Shown piece after piece: positions 36,804 to 49,759 of a stretch of DNA of 64,000 nucleotides. The stretch is taken from NCBI GenBank assembly GCA_036172245.1, contig JAYWIR010000004.1, positions 6,200,001 to 6,264,000 of the forward strand, written 5' to 3'. The notes under the pieces are model-generated. The model was not told the DNA's origin. It ran no database searches and saw only the letters and a list, made by a program, of their open reading frames with translations. Both the position numbers and the translations under genes were made by a program. Positions within the stretch are counted from its first letter, which is position 1. Each line of letters starts with the position of its first letter. The stretch is from Raillietiella orientalis (lineage: Eukaryota).

Positions 36804-39800
36804 CGCTCTGTGGGAAGGACATCAGTGGATTTTCTGCCGCCTTCATAAGCAGGAGGCAGGAGGCAACGGGCACCTGGATCCGCACCACGCTCACAGAGGC
36901 AACCCTGATATGTTCCTTCCGTAACCTGGGAGCCTTTCCCTGGATGCAGTGGAAAGAGGAGGGAGAGAGTAGGCCCGAATCACTGTCACTCACCTAGCCG
37001 CAGAGTTGCACTCCCCTCAGGAGAGAAATGGAAGCTGACAACAGGCAGGATGGGAGATCACGTAGGGGAGACGCAATTGGCGAGGAGGTGGTGGACGGTC
37101 TAATGGACTGATGCGGCGACACCCAGCGCCCGCGCCAAAGGGCTGCTCCGCTGGTCAGAATACCTGGACATTCCGCCGCCGGAGGCTGCAATCCCTCCCT
37201 CTATCTGGGGAGCTACCTCTCAGGAGGCCACACGAAGAGGTTTTGCTGTCCATGCCCTAAGAGACCCGTGAGACCAGCAGCGACATCGCTGGACAAGGGG
37301 GAGCGCCCCTTTCGGTCTGCGGAGGTTGCGGATACACGGAAACTTCTACGCACCGCTGCTTCTGGGATGCAGAGACCTTCCGAGCATGTGGAAGGAGCCT
37401 CTCATATGTTCCACTTCGACCCGAAGGGACTTGGGAAGCTGAGGCGACGCTTCACGCGGGACGGACTTCGGCCTGCTTCCCCGATCGCCCATTGCAGCAA
37501 GAGGATCATGGCGTTCCGGAACACCGAGAAGGAGCGTCAACAGGTAAGGACAACCCGTCCCGACTTCGCGGTAATGGGCCAATGGACCTGCTTGGCACTG
37601 GACAAGGATACCAGTGCCAAGGAGGAGCCGCCAATATTGCACGCAGGTTGTGAAAGAGACGCAACGGGTGCGACCGGTGGCCCCTGTCCCTTCCCCCTTT
37701 TATTCATCTGTTTACTGGCCTTTTCTCTACACCCTCTTTGCCCTTCTGTGTAGCCTACGAGTCGTGTCATAGTTTTCTTTTTTTCGAAGACCGGTGGATT
37801 TACTGATCCACATCGCCCATTTGTTTATTTGTTTGTTGGGGGGAAGAAGGAGAAGGGAAAGAAAGGAGGGGAGGAGAAGGAATAAAACGCTCCCGAGTGA
37901 CAGGGTAAAAATGAAAGTGCGCAGTAGCTGCGACGACCGCAATGATCCACTGAGCTCTGGAGGAAGATGTTCCGTGGCCCATGAGCAGCGGTGGGAGGAT
38001 CAGAAAGGAGCTGGTGGCTTCGGATGGAATTCGAAGAACGCAGATAGAGCAACGGTTTAGGGTTTCCTTGTGACCACGAGTGAAAAATGTGGTCGGAAGA
38101 AGTTCGCATTCTTCGTGGACCCACGCCACTCCTCGCGAAAAGCGAGGAGTGCAAAAGTGACTGCTGCTCCTTGCCGTTACTAAGATGTTCCCGAAAGAGG
38201 GAAGAAGACTTCGAAGGATGCATGCATACTGCTCTGTTCTGTCCGAGATGTCTCCTATTTTTAAGCCGAGAAAGAGCCAAAAGAATGCTACGACTCAATG
38301 CTTGGAGCACCTACCAATATTTTTAATCCGTGCATCCTTGCCACGTTAAGCATCCATGCCTACAGAGTTCCGAAATAGCTTCTGGAATCTTCTGCAGTAG
38401 AAAAATGGGGTAAGAAAATAATTAGCTGGCTACCGCTCGTGGTTGCCACGGAAACGAGTGCGACATCTCATAGTCTGGAAGGAGAATTGCGGAAGGCGCG
38501 GAAGACTTTCGGAAAATGCGCTCCCTCGTCGCTCTTTGCTCCTATTATCATCCTTTCCATTGTTGCCAGAAAAGAATCCCAGAGCCAAGTACATCTCCGC
38601 GTTTCTAATTTTGAGAATGTCCATGAATTGCAAAACGAACCCGGCTTGCATTGGAGTCGGCAGCGAATCAGTTTGCATGCAATCGAAAAGTCGTTTCTTT
38701 CCCAACTGTAGACGCCCAGAGATGAAGCAAAAATCTGGAACGGAGAACACACTGGTCCACGGATGAAACAGTACTGCCTAACATTTCGTCTGCTGAGGAG
38801 ATGTAGTTTGTATCGGCTAGGGTCGTTAGGATGCAAATTTTCTGCATTGCTGAATGCGGAGTCCCCAAAAGAACAAGCAGTGGCATCTAGCAGATGCAAA
38901 ACTGCATTACAAAGCGTTCATTTCAACAAAGCATAACTCATAAGAGATTCACAAGACGCATTCATCAGAGATTGCTGATTTGGGAGCAGTGCCGAATCTC
39001 TCCAAATCTCAGTTACGCCGCCCGAAGTCATCGACGACAAGCACTGTGATCACTACTTGCCTCTCAACTGGACCTCTGGTTGAGCGGACAAACCCACTGT
39101 TACGTCAACACGTCTTCGTTCCCTTTAGCTTCTTTTCTCCAGATGCAAATCATGTTTCCGCCTCCGGATAATCCAATTTCATTTCCTGCAAGGGTAGAAA
39201 ATTAGTAGGTACTTCTGTCAAGCATCTCTAGAGGCAATTATGGGGTTCTTTCAGCGCAGCATCAATTCTTTAGAATAACAGGTCCATCTCATCCAAACTC
39301 TCCATGTCCCATTCCAGGGACCATCTTGCTGCCTCTCGAATCTTTCTGTAGGTTTCGTTAGCCGCACTGTTTATCGTGGTTGACTTTCAATTGGAATTCA
39401 CTGAGGAAATGCGGAAGTCTTCGAAAGATTTTTAAAAGCGTCTAGGTTGACCAAGAGCTAGAAGTTATCCCGCATGCATCCAAGGGTTTCATATTCAGTG
39501 CCTTCTGCGACGTGCTCGGGAAAAGTTTCTGTGTTCGCAACCCAAGATGGCTGACAAGCCGAGTGGAGCAGCTTCCACCGCGAGTCTAATGCCCAGCTCC
39601 TCCGAGGGGCGTCGTCCTCTATGTCTTCAGCCGGTTGTTTTCTAGAGCAGGCGCACAGCGCGATTGGCTATCAGGGAAGGGGAACCGCCGCCTGGATTTC
39701 CACGGCCGAAGGAACGGAGCCAGGAAAGGTTCGCGGCTCGTTCCATCCTCTTCGCGGGAAACAAAAGAGCTGTCGTTCGCAGCGAAAGCCCCCCCAGCTT

Positions 39801-39854
39801 GCCGCTTCCCCTGACTCGTGCTTGCCCCGAGTCTGGCAATGATTCCTGCCGGAC

Positions 39855-41500
39855 GTGCTCCTCGCATCCCTGCGTCAAGCTCTGCCTCCTCAGACGGATG
39901 GCCTTTTTTTTTTTCCAGCCGACGCACGGCGACCATTCTCACCGAGGATTGCAGTTGGCTTGGAGTTCCCGAAAACTCACACGTGTTCGCCCTTCAAGCG
40001 CGTTTTACCCCCTCCCCCTTTTCTCCTCCCCGATGGATGTCTCCTGTCTTTCCCGTTCCCTCTTCCCCTCCTCGGCTCCTTACCACGCCGAGGCTCGCTC
40101 GAAGGCTCGGCTCTGGGGAAACCACGCTGCCGCGGTCTCTGCTACCGCACTGGCAGACAGCAAACGCGCGGTCAAAGATGTTGCCAACCCGGCCTTCCTG
40201 TCGGAAGCTATGGAGTCCCTCGCCGTTTCATCTCGTTCCCCTTGCTTCTTGGAATCGTCTTCGTGGATTCGTCAAACGCATTTGGCGCTATCAGTCACGG
40301 TGTGCTCCTACAAGCTTTGGCAGAAGGTGGAGTGGAGAATTCCTTTATTGGAATCTTTCAGGATCGGCATTTGAATAACTCTACATACATTCAGTTGGAG
40401 TCTGCGGTCACCAGACCATTTGTCCTCCGGCGAGGTGTTGAACAGAGCTGCCCGCTGTGTTCTCTGCTGTTTCATCATAGCCTTGGAGCCTCTCAGAGTC
40501 TTGCGAGTTACGGTGAAGACACTCTTCTGGCATACACCGATGGTCTGGTGCTGCTTGCATTGGCACAGAAGAAGATCCCAAGCAAAGGCTGCGCCACTTT
40601 GAAGATGCTGCGTACCTAGCTGGGTCTCCCGATAAAGTCGACCAAGCGTGCGGGAGTTTCATTCCGGGCAGACTCCCCGTGGCTTCGTGACCCGCAGCTC
40701 GAGGAATTCAGACTTGGCAGTGAGCAGTGGTGCCATCCCAAACATGGAGATATCTGAAGCACGCAGATGTCTTGGAAGACCGTTTGGGATTCAGGACTTC
40801 AACATCCCCTCGAAGGAAGAGACAGTGCAGAGGGCCCAAATCTCGTTAACTTCTGGGCCGTCTCCCTGGAAGATTCATTGAAGACCTTCTTCCCTTGTAC
40901 GCTTTCAGAAGCTCGGAATGCGCCCAAAAGGAGGACGCAGAGGAGAGTTCTGTGACCAACCTTTCTCACTGAGCAGTGGGAGGGGCAGCCGGCGTTCCTC
41001 TTTCCAGGAAGCTGAGGAAACTCTGAGAGATCCCGGAGGGAGCGAACATGCTTTCAGAACTCCCCGAGGAGGCGGAGGATTCCCTCGCGCATAGAGAGCT
41101 CTCCGGGAAAGATACGACCTTTTCTTCCTCCTCCTTCCTCCCAACCAAGTCGCAACAGCTTCTGATCGCGATGATCTCCTTGCTACTCGCCCTCCAATCG
41201 CCCTTGCTTGCATCGGCGGGATGAGGAATAGACGAGGGCGCAGCTGCAGCACGGGAGGCAGCCTACCTGATCGTTGGGGCTACCAAACCCATCGCGGCGG
41301 TGGTACACGAAGCAACGGCTGACCGACTTCCTCATCCTCCTGATGCACCTGCTAAAGATAGGACCGGGAAACGAGCGCAAACCCTTCCACATGAGTCTCC
41401 GGAACGGTCCAGGGACTGCAAAGAGGTGGACGCGCACTTTGCAGGCGCACCCCAGGGAGGTCGCCGGAGGCCTGCTCGCAAGCAGGAAGGTTCGCCTCTT
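39855..41500 (+). mobile_element. Best-preserved non-LTR RT relic (R2/NeSL/Utopia-like)
   Basis: IVFVDSSNAFGAISHGVLLQALAEGGVENSFIGIF...TRPFVLRRGVEQSCPLCSLLF...LAYTDGLVLLA matches [WF].D..NAFGS..H / GV.QGCPLS.LLF / LAYADDL.L. It is followed by RCLGRPFG (~YLG.P.G), SGPSPWK (~S.L.PWQK) and GGFP (~GGLG). Catalytic YADD reads YTDG. Confidence 0.8.
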
Positions 41501-41760
41501 CGAAACGACCAGCTGCTTCCAGGCTGAAGTCGTCCTGCTGCCACGAACGAGCAGCCCGTGACATCCGAGACGGAGGAGGAGCTCGCCGTCTCTCGCGCGC
41601 GAGGTGCTGAAGAGTGCACCAGAGTGGAGGACGGAGCAGAGGGAGGCCTCAGAGCTGTTGTGGACAGAACAGGACGTCACCGGTGATAACGTCCCATTCC
41701 TCCCCCCTTCTGTCCCCGAACTCAATGCACGGCTGCGGTTCTTCACCGTAAGGCCATCTA

Positions 41761-42316
41761 TGTCACCCACATTCACCTATCGGCTCCTCCTCCTCCTCCT
41801 CTCTCTCCCGGACTGTGACCCTAGCTTGGCTCGGAACCCTTCCGCTTCTAGGTCCGCACGTGCATGCCCGTTTCTTGTCGTGTTTTTCATTTATTTTTTG
41901 CAGATGAATAGCCAAGCGTTCCAGGACGGGGATGCTCACGCTCGCTTCTCTTGCTTCCCCGGAATGGGTCTCCCAGACCCACGACCAGCTTTCAATCGAT
42001 GAGCGGAGAGTCCGTCCCAGCATCGAGCCCACATCTTTTCAGGACTGCTCTTTTCTTTGATGACGGGTTCCCTCGTCCTCAGGCGAGGAATACCCATCTG
42101 CCCGCTGAGAGCTTCCCCACTTGGGGACGAGGCGAGCATGGTCCTCTCCCACAGTGGACCTCTTGCCTGCGGGGTCGAGCCCGAAGGAATTCGCGGAGTC
42201 TCCCCGCGTTCGAGAAATTCGGCTTTCCCTTCCAGCGAGGCGACGCTCTGCCCACTCTGGAGCTCCCTGCACCAGGACCGCTGACGTCGTGTGTCTGGAA
42301 GGAGCGCTTCCCGGAA
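41761..42316 (-). repeat. Right arm of the ~550-bp inverted duplication
   Basis: Reverse complement aligns with 36254-36803 along its length. Confidence 0.9.
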
Positions 42317-42997
42317 CCTCTGCAGGCGCGAGGCGACCTCCTGCCGACGATGGGCCGCGAGGCCACCCGTTGCATGAGGAAACGTCCTGTCACGACTCTT
42401 CTGCGTCCAGAGGGGACCCCCAGGACACCGTGGCGCCGCAGAGTCCTGCTGCTGTGGTGGCGCCTTGCCGTCGCTCCCTAGGAATCGCGGTGGCGGGTTG
42501 CGAGCTGGCGGCCTTCAAAGGAGGCCACCCGCGTCGTTCAGAATGCAGGAGCCGGAGGCCCTGTGGGTTGGTCTCATCTGAGGGAGGAAGCCACGAGGGA
42601 GGTCGTCTGCATCGCGCGCAGCTTGCGGAAGACAAGGGGGAGATCGTCGCGCAAGCAGCCCTGATCCCTCCCATTCTCCTTAGTTCGAATTCATCCAATG
42701 TCCTGTCCTTCCTACGCTCCGTCCTTTGTATGCGGTGGAACTGCGAGTCCGCGTCCCTCTCGAACGAACGTTCGCCCTCCTCCCCCCAGTAGTTCCTGCT
42801 GCTGTTTGCTTACTCTGATTAAGGAACGCCTCGGGGCAACCTTCTCGTCCTGAATTCCCGGACTATTTATTTAAAATAGATGAACTTTTCTTTGTAGTTA
42901 GGGAGGGACCGACGCGTACCGGTCCCAAACGAAAGGGAGCCACACTCGTTGGAGACATGAGGAGCCAGGAAAGGGAGGAAGGGGAGCTGGGACCGAC

Positions 42998-43025
42998 AAA
43001 TAAATAAATAAATAAATAAATAAAT
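42998..43025. repeat. (AAAT)7 microsatellite
   Basis: AAAT repeated 7 times, read directly. Confidence 0.9.
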
Positions 43026-43099
43026 GGGGAATCGGATCGATGGTAATGAAGTGATTCCCAAGGGTCTGAAGGTTTGGAGGAAGGGATGAGAAGTGGACC

Positions 43100-43550
43100 T
43101 TCGACGACGTGAGGCCAGTTTGTCCGCAATCGTCCTAAGGTCCCCTCATACCACGCATCCCGGATCTCGCTGCCATTCTCGTGTAGGCGACGGAAGATAC
43201 AAGAGTTTGCCTCGGACGACGGCCCCCTATTTCGCAAGTCACCTCTGCTCTCAGACGAGTCAGGGAGTTTCTGGCGAGGAGGTAGCTCGTCAGAAGCTAG
43301 CCGTCTTGGAAGTGGGGTGCCCGGCGACGCGCTCTGATTCCTGGCTCGGCCCCCTGCATTCCAGCGGCACGTCCCCGTAGGATTTGCTTCTCGGGCGCTC
43401 TCTCCTGGTGGGGCGCGGTGACGTTCCTGGTTTCAAGGGAGGTGCCCGTGCACTGGCAAGATGGTGGTCTGCTAGAGGCAAAGGAGAAGGACGGAGACGT
43501 CGACCGAGGGGGTCCTGAATTTTGACTTTCCCACGGGCGGGATCGAAGTG
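43100..43550 (+). mobile_element. Decayed R2-group-like RT fragment
   Basis: ORF 43093-43380: RYKSL (~YKL), SQGVSGEE (~QKGF), SWLGPLHSSGTSP (~AWLDL..AFGSVP). Confidence 0.4.
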
Positions 43551-45029
43551 AGTCGCTGCAAGAGGTTCCTCGGTAGCGGCTTCTGCGGTGGAGCATCCTC
43601 GCCGAGAGGCCTCCCTCGGCCGCCTGGCCGCTGCAGATGCTGAGCAGCGTTCGAGCAGCAGCCAGGGAACAGCCATCCACCCCATGCCCTCTTCGATGAC
43701 CCTCCTCGCTCCAGACGCGGAATCAAGGAGGATGCCGGATGCGTCGCAGGCAGCCCGGAAGAGAGACGCCTCCTCTTTTCTCTCTTCCCCCTTCTTCCCG
43801 AATAAAGATTTCCCAAAAGGAGGAGTCCAAGGACTTCTTGAAATCTTGTCCAGCAGATGGTTATTCCTACGGGATCCACTAATGGCCGTCTCGATCCCGA
43901 ACGCACCCCCGACGAGTCACAGCCTGCGCCATGGCGCTTTCCGCCCTTCCTATTATTTTCTTGCCACGAGTCGTTTCCACTATTACGAGATCGCGCAAGA
44001 GCACGGATTCTGGAGTCTTCAAACGTCGGACCGTCTGGGAATAAAACCGGTTGCCTGGTTACCGAGAATGCGCAAGACGGCAAGCTTCCACGGATAGTCG
44101 GAACCTCAAAGTCGCTTTCCCGGGGATGCGAGGCAAAACGCCCGCATACATCATTGGGAAAGAGCCAGGAATCCAGGAGCAAGAATATTCCTTCCTCCTC
44201 CTGCTTTCCTTCACCTCTTCCCCCGACTAGGTCCGGGTGGGTCTCTGAACAGGCTTCCAGGGCTGCAAAAGGACGTTCCCGGACTAGACGCTGATCTTCC
44301 TCCATTTACCGCACCTGCCTGGTTCGTCTTTCTGAGACAGCTTCCTGGTTCGTGGGTGGGATCATCTTCTTCAGGGACGCTTCCAAAAGTGAGACCAGGA
44401 AAGGGCAGGTTCGATGATCGAGACGGACGCCGAAGGCATTTCGTCCGCGGAAGTCTCGTCACCTCCTTGGGGTTGCCTGCCTCACATCACCTGTCATCTC
44501 CCTGAGCCGATCTGATGGAATTCTGGCTCGTAGTCCTCGTAAGTTACGGGCGGTAGGCGCCTTTCCAGCTCGCCGGAAGATCCTGTGGGCACAGGGGATA
44601 TTAGAAGAGGCACTGTGCACTCTACCCTCAAGACCTGTGCTGCAGCCTGAGGAAAAAGGAATCCCAGCATTCCACTGACCAATAGGCAAGGAGAGACGCT
44701 CCTCTTGGTTTGAAGGAACACAAAAACGGCCACCCCGTTCTTTTTTACCGTTTTCTCTCCTGAAGGAAAGCCGACAGCACGCCTGACCTTTGGTCGTCAG
44801 CGAGGACCTGAACGACATTCTGCGAAGACTCTCGCGCCGTTACCAGGGCAGCCACGTGGTGCTTCTCTCACGGGAATGCCAAAAAACACACAAACATACC
44901 GCCTAGCTGAAATGTTGCTAGTTCTAGAGCCACTTCTCCAGTTGTTCAAAGGAACGGACCCCCTCCCTGTTGTAGGAGGGACCCTCCGAGTCGTCGTCTC
45001 TTTAGAGAGTGCAAGGAAGCAAGCGAGAG

Positions 45030-45275
45030 CGATTCCCCTGCGGGAAGTTGCAGCGCCCCTTCTGAGTTTCGGAAGTGTCCCTTCGGGGTTCTCTTCAGAG
45101 GAGTGAACAGGAGCGGTTCCCTTGCGGGTTCCCTCCGGAGAAGAAATTCCTACTAGCGGATTCTTTCCGGGTTCCCTTCGAAGAAGATGAAATCGAGGGG
45201 ACAGCTCTCCCCATTACGGGGGTGTCCCTCCGGAAAGAATAAGGAAGGAAATTCCCTTCGGGGTTCCCCTTCGTA
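45030..45275 (+). repeat. Degenerate ~40-45 bp tandem array, copy B
   Basis: About 5-6 units with core TTCCCYT(C/G)SGGGTTCCC separated by variable purine-rich stretches; inverted homologue of ~35350-35550. Confidence 0.7.
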
Positions 45276-48200
45276 GACAACCAGGGTGGGGGGTGCAATC
45301 CCCCCGTCCGGGAAAGATCCCTCCCCAAGCGTGAGAGGAACGGACTCCGAGCCCTTCCTGGATTCATAGGGCGGATCCTCATCACGAGGTGCCCCCTATC
45401 CTGAAGAATTACACTCGAGATGTCCACGTGCCGCGAGCGCAGAAGACGTGGGTTCGAGCAGTAAACTCTGGAGGAGTATCTTCCGCAGAGAGGGATGGCT
45501 AATGGAAATCTCGAATTTAGGGGTGTTCAGAATTCCGCACGGTGCTTGCGGAGTTGCCCGGCAGCCGAGAGGAGCGCGCGTATGTGTTTAATGTGATGCT
45601 GGTTCCATTCATTTTTTTCTCTCGGATCTGGAGTAATTTATGGGAGCTCCTTTCGCGCTCAGGAGCATGCAGCCTTCGAGATCCGCTCGGTTCGCATGAC
45701 TCTTCCATCCGAGAAAATTGGCTGCGGGTCCAAACTCTTCGTCGCGGACAGGTTCGCAGCGAGGCCGCGCTCCCGTTTCCTCCTGCAGCAGCGCGGGATC
45801 GGCCATGCTGGTCAGAAGGGGACGGACGGTCACGCGCTTGCGGAGATCGAGGGACAGGTTGGACGGTCGCGAGAGCTCGGAGAGAGTCTTAGGGAAGCGG
45901 GTCGCAGGGAGATGCACTGGCATCCTTCTTTCCCTTGGACCCAGGGTTAGCAGCGAAGGAAGATGAGCGGAGGCGATCAGGGAAAAATCAAGCGCGTTCC
46001 TAGTGCTGGTTGTACTGAGAGGAAGAAGAGGAGGGGGAGGAGGTGTGGACGATCTCGCGAGAGGCTTCACTTCCGCAAAAAAATCGATCCCGTGTCTGAT
46101 GAGCCAGCGCACGAAGCTTTTCCGAAAGATCCTCTGACTACTCGTTTTTTGGCGGGAACCAATCGCAGGTTCTGAAACAGGAAACGCAGAATTTCGGGAA
46201 AATAGGAGCGAAAACCCGCTGGTGAGAAGGACAAGGTGCGGTTCTTGCACCGTCCCGGAGAGGGACCCCAGTGAGCGACCCGAGCATGCTCAGAGCTCTT
46301 CCGTGGTCAGAAATGCAGTTGCCCCTGCGGGGAACAGTTTGCGCGGGATCTCCACCATCACGTTGAGACGAGGGATCAAGGATGAGAGAGAGGAATTCTT
46401 TCCTCTTGCGTTCTGAGTCACGTGAGCAGCTTCCGGAAGACTGGATGACGATGCGAAGTGAAATGATTCGGCTGCTCGAAAGCCCTTCTTTTGCTTCCAC
46501 CTGCGCAGATCACAAAAGGGAGAAATGCAAGATGGCTGAAGATGCAGTGTCGGAAAGGTTGGGTGTGTAGACTGGTTTTGAGGACTAGTTCTGGTTGCGC
46601 AACTAATTTGACGGGCGTCTGTGGAAACCATTTGGAGCGCTGTTGCGCAGGAAATGCAGAAGGTCACAGAGGTTGCAGAATCTCTCCAGCAGCCCGGCCT
46701 GTCAGAGGATGGCGCGCGACTGACTCAGCTCACTCGTTCGACTTAGAAATCCGGTCCGTTGTTTCCACTCGTAACGGCAGGTTGTCGATGTTTGCTGGGC
46801 ACGGTCCACGTGCCGTGCATCTCGCTGGTGCACAGCTGTTCATCATCTCTTTTCGTCCTCACAAGTCGAAGGGTATCATCGCCAAACCTAACCCGGCGTG
46901 TCTTTCGAGCAATTGATCTTCGTGACGTTAGGAGTCCCCGAAGCACGCAGAGTGCTCGACAAACCTCTAATGCGGAGAAAGAAAAGTGCCGACGCAAAAT
47001 CCGCATCTGTTCTTGGAGCCCCACCCGCGGTAGCAGAACGGCGCTGCCAGGCTGGTATTCTCCGTTCTTGGGGAGCAAGGAGCTTGGATCTTGAAGGCAG
47101 GGCCGATGCTCACGAACGTTCCTCATCCACGATGCCGGAACACGGACGCGTTCTCTTGACCAAAGGCCACTCTCGATCACTCTGGGAATGTTTTTCACAT
47201 CAACAGGAGGAGCTTCGCATCTTTCTTTTCCGTTTCTTGGAACACTAATTTATCGCGCAGGGATTCCAAGAAGATGATTGGAAGAACCATACTCTAAGGG
47301 GAAAGTTGGTTGAAAGCCAAGAAGTCTCCGGAAGTGAGGCGTTCCCTACACGAGGCTTTGCGAGTGGCAGGATTTCGTATCCTCCAGTTGACAGTCAGTT
47401 CAGCTGGAAGCTGCTCGCATCACGGGAAGCCCTTTGTCTCCCGAAACGGCCTCATCGTCTGAAGTGTTTTTCGGCCAGTGATCTGCATCCCGCGCCAAAG
47501 TCGAGGAGGACTCTCTCTCGTCCTCCGTCGTAGAGAGGAACGCGTTCTCTCCTCCCCCCCCCCCTTCCCTCCTCACGCACGCTCGGACAACTCGGGAGTC
47601 GTCGCCGGAACCGTTCTCCGAGACGACGGCGGACTTTCTCATTTTGGCGCCATCTTTCCCGTGCCCATCCGCCGCCAGATGCTCGCGACAATCCGACGCG
47701 CATAGCTTCCTCTCGTTCCGTGAGGAGGCGGCTGCTGGTCTCCTTCTCGCTGCAACAGCAGAAGCAGCAGCTGCATGTTCATTTCTCTCGATCTTGGGGT
47801 TTCGAGAACAGCTTAGAACTGGGCCCCACCGCGCCGCCGCTGCTCCCATCCACCCTCCTTCCCTCTCTAATTTGCCATTCATCGATCCGTCCAGGGAGCT
47901 TCGCTTGGGACCGCTTCCAGGAACGGCCCGAGGCCACGCGAGAATCGGAAGAGCACGTCTCGGGAAAACAAACCCGAGTCCCCACGCGTGCTTTCTCTTT
48001 CTCTTCTGTGTGCTCCAGATATTTTTCTTTTCATGTTTCTCGAAGGAGTAGTCATCTGTCGAAGTTCTCGGCTTCCTCGTGGCTTGCAGGAGTGGGAATC
48101 TCTTCTCCCCTTGGAAACCACTTGAAGCTTTCTGGATGCATGGGTAACATACCGTTTCGAAATTGACTCCGGACTGGGAATCTACCCGCCCTCTCACTTT

Positions 48201-49759
48201 CTAGTTCCTGCTGAGCGGGTGAACTCTTCCTGCTGGTGGAAGGAGCCAACCCCTGTCATCGCCTCCGAAGGAGAGGAAAACCTGAGAGAATCGCTCTGGG
48301 CAGTCAACGCTTACTTTCTGGAATTCCTTGCTTTTCCTCTGGAAAAAGTGTAGGGAGCAAGGAACCTATGGCGTTCTCAGGGTTCCTGGAAGAATGAAGC
48401 GCTTCCGAGAATTCTACTTCCCGTGGTCATGCGGGTGAGGGGGGGGGAGCAGGGGAAACGTCTGCTCTCAAGCGCCTGCCATGTGCCCTCGCATCTGGAG
48501 GCACAGAATCTGAAGAACTGATTGACGTTGCGGTCCGGAGAATTCTGTTCTGCTTGCTCTTCCATCGATCTTCGCGCCTGCTGCGGACTCCCGTCTTTAG
48601 GAATCCCTCAAGAAGGAGAGCTCCGGATTGAAGGGATGCCAGATGAATGCTTCGAGGGATTCCTTCAGGAGTATCCAAGAGATCGCGAAACCAACGACGT
48701 TTATTCTGGAAGCGTAAGGAGCTTCATCTCCAGCTGCTGTCTCCCTCTTCTCCTTCCCTTTTCTTCGCCATCATTATGTCGCAGGACTTCTTCCCAAAAG
48801 GCAATGACAATCCAGCACTCCTAGGGGCTCGTTTTCTGGGGAAGTCTTGCAGCTGCAAACATTCATATCACGCCTAGAACCCTTCCAGTCACAGAGACCA
48901 TTCACTAGAAGCATGACCTCAATTCATTAGGCAGTTTGAGGCCATGTGATGGGACCCTGTGGGTTCCCCCATTGTGCGGCTGCCTTCTTTGCTGGGAGCA
49001 CGGCATCCTTCCATTTGGTGACCTTCCGAGGAGGGTTTTTCTGATGGGCTCCTGGCACTCGTTTCCCAGAATGATTTCGTTCTTGCTCCTTCAAAGGGCA
49101 CTCCAAACAGCAGCCACCTCCGTGACCACGGAGCATCGTTCTTCTAGACGCGTGACAGCTTCTAGGAAGCACCCCCTCCTGGTTCTATTTCCCACCACGT
49201 ACCAGCAAGGTTAAAGCACCGACTCAGTCTGCATCTTTTCCCGGAGAACTTCCGATTACATCTCCTCGCATATGGCGCACTCCAGTAGGAAAGCTCTGAT
49301 AAAGTCCGGAGCTGTTAGGTTCACGCTGCTGTTGGACACGTGATAGGATTTTCCGACCGGTTTCCCTAGGAAACGGAACACGAGCTGCATCGGCCCTTGT
49401 AGGTGACGTTCTTTTTATGACTCCACATGGAGCAGCGCGAAGCTGAGTGAGAGGGGAAGCACAGCCGTCTCACAAGCCGGCGGGCAATTCTTTTTATTCT
49501 GTTTATCCTTGTCACAGAGACCGTTGCCTATCTCAGTGAGGGAAGCAACGAGGATACTTCCCACTAGTGATCTGGACCCGAAGTTTTTCTTGGGTCACCG
49601 CAGGCGTTCATCCCGGTATGGAAGGGTGAATAACTGGAATCGTTTTTCAGATCGGAAGACAGCTGCAAGACGAGCGAGTTGATGAACTCCTCCAATCCCC
49701 GTTTCCAGACCAAGGGACTCATTCAGTGGAGTGAGCTGCTTGGTTTATCGTCACTTCGG

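Noticed and set aside
39000..39200. RVD...SDH motif suggesting an APE endonuclease on the minus strand
   Set aside because: Two short motifs in different frames with no convincing linked RT.
45030..45275. CRISPR-like repeat-spacer appearance
   Set aside because: Eukaryotic context, degenerate cores, irregular period, spacers partly shared with the inverted copy, no cas genes.
46382..46570. DWMTMRSEMIRLL suggesting an LTR-retrotransposon gag
   Set aside because: No LTRs, PBS, protease, LTR-type RT or integrase motifs recognised nearby.
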